Below are positions 44,601-54,890 of a stretch of 64,000 bases of DNA, in pieces (the stretch's first letter is position 1; each line of letters starts with the position of its first letter). The notes beneath the pieces are model-generated. The model ran no database searches, was not told where the DNA came from, and saw nothing but the letters and a program-made list of their open reading frames with translations. Origin of the DNA: Blastocladiella emersonii ATCC 22665. Its lineage: Eukaryota > Fungi > Blastocladiomycota. The stretch lies in contig JANHCV010000014.1 of the NCBI GenBank assembly GCA_025594325.1, positions 1,116,001-1,180,000 of the forward strand, given 5' to 3'. A program made the position numbers and the translations under genes.

Positions 44601-45082
44601 GTCGTCGGCGGGCGCCGCGACACGGGACGGCTGCCGCCGCCATCCTGCCCACCCGCCGTTTGCGGCGGTGTCGGGGTAGGCGTAGCGGAAACGACGGGGA
44701 TGCGGCGCGAGGTGGTGCGCAGCGACGGCTCGAGGGCGCCGCGGATGGTATTGGTGCGCTCGACAAAGCCAGGGCGGCGAGCGGGGAGCGGGGCGATGGG
44801 CGGCGGCGGTGCAGCATCGGCGTGCGGCGAGCGCAGGAAGGCGACCTGCGCCGTCGCGGGGAGGCGGGTCAGACGCGGCGGCGCGGCAGCCACGGGAGGG
44901 GGCGATCGCGGTGGCGCGCCGCGCTTCGGTGTAGTGGTCCCGGTACCCACACCCGCAGTCGCAGTCGGAGCGGGAGGCAGCGCGGGCGGAGGCACATCGG
45001 CGAGATCCGGGTCCATGGTGGCGCGCGCGGCAGGGTCGCCGAGGGCGAGGCGCGAGGTGGAGGGCAGGTTCATGGTGGCCAT
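41620..45082 (-). CDS. Long Pro/Arg/Ser-rich disordered protein with divergent C-terminal RhoGAP-like domain
   Basis: ATG 45082, a large first exon to ~42590 and two introns. LRRVFTDLPKEQYLNYKAVLGHAFRL...MVVIFGSILFP resembles the RhoGAP C-terminal helices. Confidence 0.6.
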
Positions 45083-45901
45083 GATCGGCGGGCTGCGGCG
45101 GATCGGAGGCCGACCGAGCGACCAAGCGGTTCGAGTGCATGCCCGTACTGCATTGCAGGCAGTGTGGCGGGATTCCGGGGTCAGGAGACGCGCCCGAAGC
45201 CCGCGCGACGGAAACGCGCCGCGCGCGCGAGAGAGAGCGACTGTCTCGCGCGCGTCACGTGCAAGGGGTGAGACGCGTTTTTTCGCGCTCGTTCGCTCCC
45301 CCTCGAGCGGCAACCTTCCCTCCTGGGCGCGATCGGCGCACGGAGGTTGCGTCACGGCGACCAGTCGTGCATACACGCCACCTCACATGCTGTCCGCAGC
45401 AGCGAGGGGAGGCTTCCTGCGAAGCGAGCGGCGAGGAAGGTCGGCCACGGGCGCGAACGGACGGGTGCGAGACGCGAAGCCGACCGTTCGCCGTCGTCGG
45501 CATGCCCGCGCCTCCTCCCTTACCCTCTCACTCCACCACATCCACCCACCCGCCCTCGTAACTGTGCGCAGTCGGGCACTTGATCACTTTAATGTACGTC
45601 GCCCGATCCGCCGGACGCGCGTTCTGCGCGGGGTGTGGCGCATGTGGCGCTGGGGCCCGAGCTTTGGGGACTCATCTCGCCCGCAACGGTGATTGGCCGA
45701 CCGCCGTCTCGGACGCTGATGCGACCCGCGTTGCGAATGACGCTGCCGTGTTCCGGGCTGCTCCGAGTTCCCACGCTATCGTTCGCTTCCCCCTTTTGGA
45801 GCTAGCCCGCTGCGGGCCCTACTTAAGCTCGCTGCTCCCCGCTCCCTCTCGCGCTCTCTCACACCAATCTCCACACACGTAGCACATCCACCACCACCAC
45901 C

Positions 45902-46480
45902 ATGTCATTCCTCGCCGTCGCCCTGTCCTCGGCCCTGCTGCTCAGCACCCCGCTGATCCTCACGGACCGCTCCGAGCTGACGGCCGACAGCGCCGCCGCC
46001 GCCGAGCCCGCCACCCCGACCACGCCCGGCTTCGACGCTGCCGACTCGATCGCCGCCGTCCCCGCCGACGTGCCCGCGCCCGGCCCCAAGCACTCGGTCT
46101 CGGCCGTCGACCTCGCCAAGCAGCGCACCGACTCGGCCGTCTCCGTCTCCACCATGCTCGCCCCGCTCGCCGCCGCCTCGGCCTCGGGCCTGCCCGGATC
46201 GCCAAGTAACGACGACGAGGACGACGAGGGCGTGCTCGTCGAGGACCTCGACGACGCCCCGCTCACGATCCACACGTCGTCGTCGTCGGCCGCGTCGATG
46301 CTCGCGCCGCCGCAGCTCCGCCTCCCGTTCCCGACCACGCTCGTCGACTTTGCCATGGACGGCGCCGCCATCAAGCACGACGCCGCCTGGGCCGCCGACG
46401 CCGAGGACGTGGACGTGCCCTCGACGCCCGGCGCCGTCGAGCCCGCCCACCTCGGCATCGGCTTCGCCTTCGGCATCTAA
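45902..46480 (+). CDS. Hypothetical acidic Ala/Ser/Pro-rich protein with hydrophobic N-terminus
   Basis: 192-aa ATG ORF with almost exclusively C/G-ending codons. No family recognised. Confidence 0.65.
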   Translation: MSFLAVALSSALLLSTPLILTDRSELTADSAAAAEPATPTTPGFDAADSIAAVPADVPAPGPKHSVSAVDLAKQRTDSAVSVSTMLAPLAAASASGLPGSPSNDDEDDEGVLVEDLDDAPLTIHTSSSSAASMLAPPQLRLPFPTTLVDFAMDGAAIKHDAAWAADAEDVDVPSTPGAVEPAHLGIGFAFGI

Positions 46481-46759
46481 GGTCGGACCCCGGCCTCGCT
46501 GTAAATACCTCTCCCCCTCCCTCCTGGTGTGATTATCCCTCTCCCCTCCCTCTTGCGTGACTTCCATAAACTACATTGCGTTCTCCATTGCGTGTGTCGA
46601 CTTGTCTGGTGCCTGCGGTGGTGGCCGGTGGGTCGGTCGGCGCGATGGCGCCATGGCGTGGGCGGGCAAGTCGCCACCCGCTCGCTGCCCGCGCTCCTGC
46701 GCCTCATGCATCAAGCTCTGATCCCTGAACCCCACACTAGACTAGAATCACGATATCCC

Positions 46760-48475
46760 ATGAAACCACTACCCGCAGCGGGACCGAGGATACCCTTGCT
46801 CGCGCTCCTGGCGCTGCTCCTCGCCACCGCCGCGGTGCACGCCGGCGCCGGCGCCGATCCGCGGGAGCGCATCCTCACCACGGCGCGACAGGCATTTGAC
46901 CTCAACTCCTCTGTCGCCATCCTCCCCGACGGCGCCCGCCAGCAGCAGGAGCCGACGGCCGACTCGCGCTTCGTCCGCGGCCCGCGCCGCTTGCTCGTCT
47001 CGCCGACGGGCGAGGCCACCGAGCTCGCCACCGCCTCGCCCGACCCGTCCGCCGCATCGTCAACCGGATTGCTGTACCAGGTGGCGTGCGACCGCGCCGT
47101 CCCGGCCTCGTTGTGCAACCGCGCGACGCTCGCCGTCGACGGGGCCGCGCGCCGGCTGCTCGCTGCGTTCACCTTCCCGCGGCCCGTGTACCTCGCCGCC
47201 ACCTTCTTCCGCCCGTGCGGCGCCGAAACCGCGGCCGAGCTCGACCAGTGCGATGAGAAGAACACGCTCGGCGCCGCTGCGCCCGCCGCGCAGTGGCCCG
47301 TGCGGTTCCCCGGTCTCGCCACTGCGCTGCCCAGCTCAGCGTGGGTACCCGGATACCCCGGCGTCGTCGCGGTCCCGCAGGCGCTCGCGCGCCAGCTCAA
47401 CGTCACGGTGCGCGGCCGGCCCGTCGCCGCCGTCAACGCCGGCGTCGATATCATTGCCGGGTTCAACGCGCTTGCCGACTGGTGGGTCGCCGGCGACCCC
47501 GCCGAGATCCGCGCGGGCCAGGAGGACCTCGAGTACGCCGTGCTCCACGAGGCCATGCACGGGCTCGGGTTCGGGATCGACTCGTGGACCTACGACGCCG
47601 ATAAGTTCCCGAACGCGCTCCTGCCCAACGTCGCGTCCGCGTCGCCGACCGCCGGATCGGCGCTCGTCCAGTTCCCCGCCCTCTGGGACGCGTTTGTCGT
47701 CGCTGCACAGTCTAACGGGTCGTGGACGCCGTGGCTCGCCGGGTACGCCGACTGGACCTCGGCCGCCGCGGCTGCGGCTGCAGCGGGATTGGCTGCGCCC
47801 AAATCGGCGGCAACGCTTCTCGCCGCGTCGCTCGCGGACCAGCGCGTCGCTTCGCAGGCCGCCTGGCGGCTCGCGGCAGCCACAACCGACGGCGCCGTCG
47901 CCGTAGCTGTCCCGGCCGACGTGCCGCTCAACGCGTCTCTGGTCACCCTTCGCAACACGCGCCATTACCTCCTCCCCGTCGAATCCGCCGCCACCCCGTT
48001 CGCCCCCGGCTCGAGCCTGTCGCACTGGTCGTGGGCTGTGGCGTACACGGCGCCGCCGTCGAAATGGCGCGAGCTCGCCGCCACAGGCGGCACCGCCAAC
48101 ACCATCTCGAGCCCCGACGTACTCATGGCCGCGACTACGCTGCCCGTGTCGCTCCGTGGCGAGGCCGGCCAGCGCGCCATCGCGACCGACGCCGGGTGGA
48201 TCGGGCCCGCTACGCGCGCCGTGATGCGGAACCTCGGGTTCGCGGTCCGCGGGATGCCGCCCGCCGACGCGGTGGGCGCCGGAGGCGTGCTCAGCACCGG
48301 CGAGGTGCTCGTGGATGCCGCCGATCGCACGCTGGCGCCCGGACCGGGAGCAACGGGAGGCGGGGGTGACGGTGGCAGGGGACCTGCGACGGCGGCGTCG
48401 GCCGCGGTAAATGTGTGTAGATTAGAGCGGACGATGGCGCTCGCGGTGGTCGTTCTCCTCGCGGTTTCGGTTTGA
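46760..48475 (+). CDS. Secreted, possibly GPI-anchored zinc metalloprotease (HExxHxxGF), paralogue B
   Basis: MKPLPAAGPRIPLLALLALLLATAAVHA signal, VPQALARQ, DIIAGFNALADWW, AVLHEAMHGLGFG, GSSLSHW and a hydrophobic C-terminus after a Gly/Ala spacer. Confidence 0.78.
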   Translation: MKPLPAAGPRIPLLALLALLLATAAVHAGAGADPRERILTTARQAFDLNSSVAILPDGARQQQEPTADSRFVRGPRRLLVSPTGEATELATASPDPSAASSTGLLYQVACDRAVPASLCNRATLAVDGAARRLLAAFTFPRPVYLAATFFRPCGAETAAELDQCDEKNTLGAAAPAAQWPVRFPGLATALPSSAWVPGYPGVVAVPQALARQLNVTVRGRPVAAVNAGVDIIAGFNALADWWVAGDPAEIRAGQEDLEYAVLHEAMHGLGFGIDSWTYDADKFPNALLPNVASASPTAGSALVQFPALWDAFVVAAQSNGSWTPWLAGYADWTSAAAAAAAAGLAAPKSAATLLAASLADQRVASQAAWRLAAATTDGAVAVAVPADVPLNASLVTLRNTRHYLLPVESAATPFAPGSSLSHWSWAVAYTAPPSKWRELAATGGTANTISSPDVLMAATTLPVSLRGEAGQRAIATDAGWIGPATRAVMRNLGFAVRGMPPADAVGAGGVLSTGEVLVDAADRTLAPGPGATGGGGDGGRGPATAASAAVNVCRLERTMALAVVVLLAVSV

Positions 48476-48811
48476 ATAAATCATCCATTCCATGTGTGTA
48501 TACTTTCAGCTCGCGCCGGCGTCGTACACGCGTGCTCCTTGGCGACGGCCGCCACGACGCGCGGCGGCACCGCAAGCGCGGCGGCCGTGAACTTGCGTAA
48601 GAACCCGGCCCCCGTCGCACCACCGCTGCTTCCCAACGTCACGGCGAGAAACTCGCGGACGACGAACGTCGAAACGAAGTGGGTCAGCGTACCGTGGGCG
48701 GCGCGGCGCAGACAGCCTGGCGGCATCTGAACTTGGCCTTTGCGTCGTACAGCATCTCGAAGATGGCGGCGTAGCCTTCAAGTAAACTTACTCCCTTGGT
48801 GGCGATTTGGG
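48231..48811. repeat. Direct repeat copy 1 (partner 54303-54883)
   Basis: Offset 6072 bp. Appears identical from 48294/54366 to 48811/54883, and the overlapping ORF translations are identical. Confidence 0.92.
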
Positions 48812-48930
48812 ACGCGCTTTCCGGGTGGTAGTGCTCCCGTTGTGAACAAGGAAGCCCCCACGCAACTCTCTGATTGAAGACATTGGCGCGATCTCGATGT
48901 TCAGCGGTCATGTATCACAAAAAACGGCGG
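48490..48930 (-). pseudogene. Degenerate ORC4 3' fragment
   Basis: The reverse complement reads gccgccatcttcgagatgctgtacgacgc...gagcacgcgtgtacgacgccggcg, matching 21478-21755. Fainter similarity to ORC4 ~21000-21175 is visible in 48800-48930. Confidence 0.85.
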
Positions 48931-48973
48931 CGCCATCTATTCCTTCCATCAACAATGCTGGCCACGTACAGCA

Positions 48974-50455
48974 TCAGGCTGCGGGACCATCTACCGACTT
49001 CTTCTCGCGTTGCCAGCAGCCGCACTTCCAGCATGTGTACGCGAGGAGCACACAAAGAACGAGCGCCGCGAGACCGCCATACAAGTAAAAGGCCTCCATA
49101 ACGCCACGGAAGTTGGACTCGTTGTACTCGCGCTCCCGTTGCTCGCGCTCGAGGTCGTCGGCATAATTGATTGATCGGGCAAAGCTGTTGCTGGTTGCTG
49201 CATCAAAGACAATGCGAGTGCGTTGCTGGTTGGGGTACAGGGCAACGACCTCGAGCTGTTCGCGCCCTGCGATCACCATGAACGCCCGCCCGTCGTCCTT
49301 GCTGGCTGGCGTGGTGACAATGGCAGTAGTGCCAGCTTGAGCCAGAGCCGACGAGTTTTGATCAAGAAACGAACCGCGATCGCTACCAAGTTGGCACCAT
49401 TCGGCAAACAAGGGAGCGGTGGCGCCAAGCACGTCAAGGCCGCCGACCGAGATCACGAACACCTTGGATCCTTCGCCGGACGGGTCGTACGCGACCGACT
49501 GGTGGAAAGCGCGCGGCTTCAACAACACCGATCGCGAGAGCGCCCATTCGTTGCGCGACAGGTCAAAGGTCCAAATGTCGCGAAGCGTGTTGATGCCGTC
49601 GTGTCCGCCGGTGAGAATAAGGGTCGAGGCGCCAAGGCGAGTAAGGGCACCGTTCCTGCGAGGCGCTGGACGCGCAGCCTTGGGATCCCCCAGCGGGACG
49701 AGTTTGACCTTGCCGTCCTACATCGTGCTCAATTGTCAGTTCGGAACAGATCCCGTCCTATTTCGCGGCCAACGCACCGAATCAATCGAGTACAGCTCGC
49801 CGCTCTTTTCCAGGACGTAGACCGAGTTGTCGGCGGCGGTCGACCAGCGCGCCGACTTGCTCGAGCTGACTGTCGCCCAGTCAATCGTGGGCTGAACTGC
49901 GCCACCGGTCGCACCGCTGGCGGCGCCACCATTGGCAGCGGAAGTAAACTTGGCCGATCCCACGGCGTAGTCAAGCCCGTCGAGGGAACCACTCGCGCTG
50001 CCGCTGTTGGCGGTCGTCGCAGGAACGCTGCTGAACAAGCGGACGCGATTGGGTGCAGCTGAACCGACAGCGGGGAAGGCGTGCGGCAGGAGCCGGGCGT
50101 CCGTGCCACCGAGCGTCCAGTTGAGCGTGCGAAAGGCGGCGGGAGCTTCGTTCGAGTTGGTCTTGATCCGAGCCGTGAGCGGAAGCGTGGTGGCAGTCGA
50201 GTCGACGGTCCACGGGACGCCAAAGTCAAGCACGGCCAACTCGTTGCCCTGCACGAGGATCACAGCCTCGCTGGCCGTGCCGAGGTTGAGGGCGCCCTTG
50301 GGCACGAGAAGGGCAGACGCGTTGCCCAGCCCCGCAGGCACGTTTAAGTCGCTTGAGGAGGGTTTGCTGGCGCCGATCGCATTCTGTGCGAGGCTGCCGC
50401 CAAACGTGAAGCACAGCAGCGTCAAGGTTAAGAGCAAAGAGTTCATTGCAATCAT
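48974..50455 (-). CDS. Type I membrane protein with Kelch-like motif (paralogue 3)
   Basis: Signal MIAMNSLLLTLTLLCFTFGGSLA, ASALLVPKGALNLGTASEAVILVQGNE, DGINTLRDIWTFDLSRNEW, TM followed by CWKCGC. Two introns in 49620-49790. Confidence 0.72.
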
Positions 50456-50885
50456 GTTCGCCAGCTGGGGGAGAGAGCAACTGTCCAGCAGCAACCTCCA
50501 GCTCAGCGTTCAGCACGAAAGGTGTGGCGCTGACCACGCTGTGGCAACGTGGGCGCACGGCAGAAATAGTCAGGCCGTGGGCCGCGTGGGCCATCACGGC
50601 GGGCATCAGCGTTGTCTCGCGATCCGCCAGAGCAAACCGCGATGCCCACCCACGCCCTCGGTTCCTCCCTCCCTCCCCCCTCCCCTCGCCTTGTTTGCCG
50701 CCACACAAAACGCCCGCCTCGCCCGCAACTCGTCCTCTCTCCCTTGGCCGTCTGCGTTCTGCCCCGCGGATCTCCAACGTAGGTGCTGAGCCCTCTTGTA
50801 TCGCGCGCACTCCGTGGTACTCACCACCGATCTGCAACGCACTCCCTTCTTCGTCCGTTCGCTTCATGCTTGCCGTCTAGACCAC

Positions 50886-53857
50886 ATGCCTCCTCCTCGT
50901 CCGCCTTCGCTGAAGCGGCTCGCCCTCTTTTGCGCGCTGATCGCTCTCATCGGCTCGCTTCACGTCATCCGAGCTGGTCGACCTGTGTATGATGGCCGCA
51001 ACCTGCTCAACCTGGTCGGCGGCGAGATCGCCGACGAGGGCAGCATGTTTCTGTGGAGCATCCGCCAAGGCGCGAACGGAATCGGCGACGGCTTACTTTT
51101 CAGCCCGCTTTCTGCGCTCTCGTTCTTCTACACGATTTTTGCCTGCCAAGATTACTCGGCGTTCAAGGGCGTGAAGCTTACGCTCACTGCTCCTGCTGGG
51201 TCGAACTTTCAGGTCACTATCCAAGACGCTGGCGTTGGATGCCAGGGTAAAGGCGCTAGTTACTCGAAGCGCACCGACTCTCTCATCTACTTCACTGGGC
51301 AGGGCCCTCAAGAGCTGTTTATCAGCTTTGACTATTACTCGATTTTCAATCCCTCGCGGACCAAGGCTTTAATCTTCTCTGGCTTCACCAATCCTCTCGA
51401 GCAGTTCATCCTGCATCGCATCGAGTTTGACGACGGCCCGCCCGCTCCCCAAATTTGTCCTCGGTACGTTTCTCTGGCCGTTTTGCTCCCGTCAGACGCG
51501 TTCTCACGTTCGGCGTTCATCCTTAGCTTTGACGAATCTCCTGTTTTCGAGTCGTTCAGCACGCTCGATGCGTGGGTCGACGATTCGCAGGCTAACGGGG
51601 GCCCGAACAACTACTTCATCGACAACAAGTCTTCGCTCGTTTTCTCTGTCAACCCGACTGCGTCTGTCCGGCCTAAACTAAAGCTTAAAGACCGCCGCTT
51701 TGTTGGCCCTGGTCGCCACGAATGGCGTGTCTACACGCCGATGCGTGAGCCGGGACAGGTCACCAGTATTGGAGCATTCCTGTGTACGTATTTCCTTCGC
51801 GTCGATTCCGAGATTCGTGTGCCTCCGCGTGCCGCGAAGTAACACCGACATGGCTATCCTACCACCAATTATGGTTGTGATCACGATCATGATTGTAATC
51901 AGGATGGGCTAACATGTTACGACAACTCCCTGAGTAAGTTTCGAATCTTGACTAACACAAAACCCCACCATCCAACTCCTGCAATCCCTCCATCATCGTC
52001 TGCATCAATCATTCTCCCTCTACTCTCTTCTTTCGATCAGACTTCGACGATTACCACGAGGTCGACTTTGAAATTGGTTACGGCGCTGCGGACTTGCGCG
52101 AGAAACTTGGCGCCCGTGATCATCAACCTGTGGCCTACATGACGACTCAGGCAACTGACGGGGGCTCCTGGATTACCCTGGACGGAACTCAAGTTCTCAT
52201 CGACGGAAACTCCTGGCACGACTTGGCCATTGATCTGGATCTCGACAAAACTGGAACTCTTTTCATTGTGAGTTGGTGGATTGACGGCACTCGTGTCCAG
52301 CGTTCTGGCCAATCATGGGGCCCGGCCAACATTGGAGCTGGCTTCACCGCTCACGTTTCCCAGGAAAACTTGTGGTGGATGGGCCTTGGTCCTGGCGAGA
52401 TCTCGAGACCTGCCCAGAAACCAGTCGATGCCAATGCTCAGCCTGCCATGGCAGTCTTTGACACCTACCGCTTTACGCCCACCGCTGGATGTGGGGGAGA
52501 TGGGCGTGGTAAACCTGACCCTATCCCTGCCGATTCGAGCTTCACTCCTGCTGCGCCCACTTCCGGCGCTCGTAAATGCAACGGTCTGGCTCAAATCTGC
52601 AACAAGGAGCTTCACAAAGTCGTTTTTCCTGGTGCACACAACGCTGGGACTGATGACCTGACTTGCCGGTACTTCGTTGAAACTGACTGCGGGATTGGTG
52701 AAGCACGCACAACTAATGCCACTTCTCACTTGAGGCGGCTACCACGCCGCGGTGCTCCTCAACGCAACGCCACCACCGACCTTGCGCACGTTGATGGATC
52801 AGCTCTTCCCAACAATAACCGAACTTCCACAGCAGCCCCCATGGGTCCCCTTCCGCCCCCGCCACCGCCGTGTAACCCGTTGAAGCCCATGTCAACGTGT
52901 TACACCGGAATTTATCCAATCCAGTGCTTGTTTGGGAATCAAGACGCGCCGGTGTCTGCTTTGCTCGACCGTGGAGTCAGATGGTTTGACCTTGACTTTT
53001 GCGGTAATCGCCTGGACAATCCAGGGGTGATTTCCATTTGCCACAAGGCCGACGGTGTTGGCGGTGTCGCTTACGGCCCAACGGCTGCGGATTTGCTTGG
53101 CGAGGTTCATATAACTGCGTCGCTCGTTCCATTTTCCGGCCACTAACCCAAACATCTACTCCAAACTGCAGTTGAGTCGCTGGCTCAGACGCCCGAGCAA
53201 TCGCAACGAGCTTGTCGTGCTTTTCCTTTCTGATCTCAACAACGGCATGAACGATGCGAAGGACGAGCTCGTTAAGTTGATCCGCACACAGCTTGGTCTC
53301 CTGCTTTACTCGGGCACGAACGCGGTGAAGACGAAGGTTAGTACGCTTCTCAACGACGGTCCGCGCGTCATTTTGACCGGGAAGTTTCCGCCCAGTGACT
53401 TGTCTGCGTCGCTTCAGAGTTTCTATCACGACGTACGGAGTATCCCGACGGCTTATTGTGGACGATCTCTAACCACCCTTGACCTCGATTGCTAGCTCAA
53501 ACTCATCGACACGTACAATTCGAAAACCACGCTTCCGTCTGGTGAACTGATCAAGCTAGCGTGTGAAACCGCGAAGGCGAATGATCAGCGGGTCATCCTC
53601 TCTCTGATGGGCGCTCCCAACTTTGTTACCGTTGTCGGAGGCAAGTGCAACTCCGTCCTGCAGCAGCTCGTAAGATTTTTGGACTAGCTGTCAGATTCTA
53701 CGTGCTAACTTTCGTTGCTCGTCTCATGTAGGTCGATATCCCTGAGCTCCTCCGCCATATGCCGCGGGATTGTCCTGTCCAGACCATCCTGAAGGACTTT
53801 GCTCGAGATTCCAATGGCATGTTCAGGTTCGCGGAGTATCGCAACATGGCGGAGTAA
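50886..53857 (+). CDS. Secreted fusion protein: CBM-like beta-sandwich, GH16-like hydrolase and PI-PLC X-like phosphodiesterase
   Basis: Signal peptide. WRVYTP..SIGAFL|YFDDYHEVDFEIGYG (ExDxE) across intron 51784-52040. CNGLAQIC..VFPGAHNAG, NQDAPVSALLDRGVRWFDLD and WLRRPSNRNELVVLFL. The 3' exons are approximate. Confidence 0.65.
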
Positions 53858-54099
53858 TCACCTGCCGACTACGCAGCTCTGCGGTTTCCCATCGTTTTTT
53901 TCTTCATTCGCTTGGTTTCGCCATGTCTTCTTTGCATTCGAGATGCGTGCCGTTCGTTGCAGGGCGTGTCGATTTTGCTCATCCCTGTTTCTCCCCCTGT
54001 CTTTCATCTCCAACGTCAGGAATGAGCAATTCTTTCCGTTTTAAAACTCGCGTCCACACTATTTTTCATGGAGAGGTCGCGTCGAGAACGACGCGTCGC

Positions 54100-54547
54100 G
54101 ATATCATGTGACCGCGAGACACCAGATTCTGGCTACTCAGTCTTGCTGTTGCGCTCGACCCCGCCGGGTGTGCCGGGGCTCACCGTTGACCCCCGGCTTG
54201 AACGTATTGCACTGGTCATGGGCCGTGGCGTACACGGCGCCGCCAGCGAAACCGCGACGGACGCTGAGTGCATCGGCCCCGCGGCGAACGCTGTGCTGCG
54301 CAACCTCGGGTTCGCGGTCCGCGGGATGCCGCCCGCCGACGCGGTGGGGGCGGGTGGCGTGCTGAGCACCGGCGAGGTGCTCGTGGATGCCGCCGATCGC
54401 ACGCTGGCGCCCGGACCGGGAGCAACGGGAGGCGGGGGTGACGGTGGCAGGGGACCTGCGACGGCGGCGTCGGCCGCGGTAAATGTGTGTAGATTAGAGC
54501 GGACGATGGCGCTCGCGGTGGTCGTTCTCCTCGCGGTTTCGGTTTGA
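54100..54547 (+). pseudogene. C-terminal fragment of metalloprotease paralogue B
   Basis: HWSWAVAYTAPP and ATDAECIGPAANAVLRNLGFAVRGMPP are diverged from 48020-48290; the sequence is then identical to the paralogue B 3' end. No catalytic HExxH. Confidence 0.8.
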
Positions 54548-54883
54548 ATAAATCATCCATTCCATGTGTGTATACTTTCAGCTCGCGCCGGCGTCGTACA
54601 CGCGTGCTCCTTGGCGACGGCCGCCACGACGCGCGGCGGCACCGCAAGCGCGGCGGCCGTGAACTTGCGTAAGAACCCGGCCCCCGTCGCACCACCGCTG
54701 CTTCCCAACGTCACGGCGAGAAACTCGCGGACGACGAACGTCGAAACGAAGTGGGTCAGCGTACCGTGGGCGGCGCGGCGCAGACAGCCTGGCGGCATCT
54801 GAACTTGGCCTTTGCGTCGTACAGCATCTCGAAGATGGCGGCGTAGCCTTCAAGTAAACTTACTCCCTTGGTGGCGATTTGGG
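54303..54883. repeat. Direct repeat copy 2, containing the protease B 3' end and a third ORC4 remnant (54562-54860, minus)
   Basis: Matches 48231-48811 and ends 4 bp before the right arm of the inverted duplication. Confidence 0.92.
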
Positions 54884-54890
54884 TCTGGCT

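Noticed and set aside
51784-52040. Unusually long intron with internal branch-like (GCTAAC) and GTAAGT signals, suggesting a micro-exon or stwintron
   Set aside because: The candidate micro-exon (51903-51933) creates an immediate TGA, and no nested donor reconstruction worked. Simple excision gives the expected AFLY-FDDYHE sequence.
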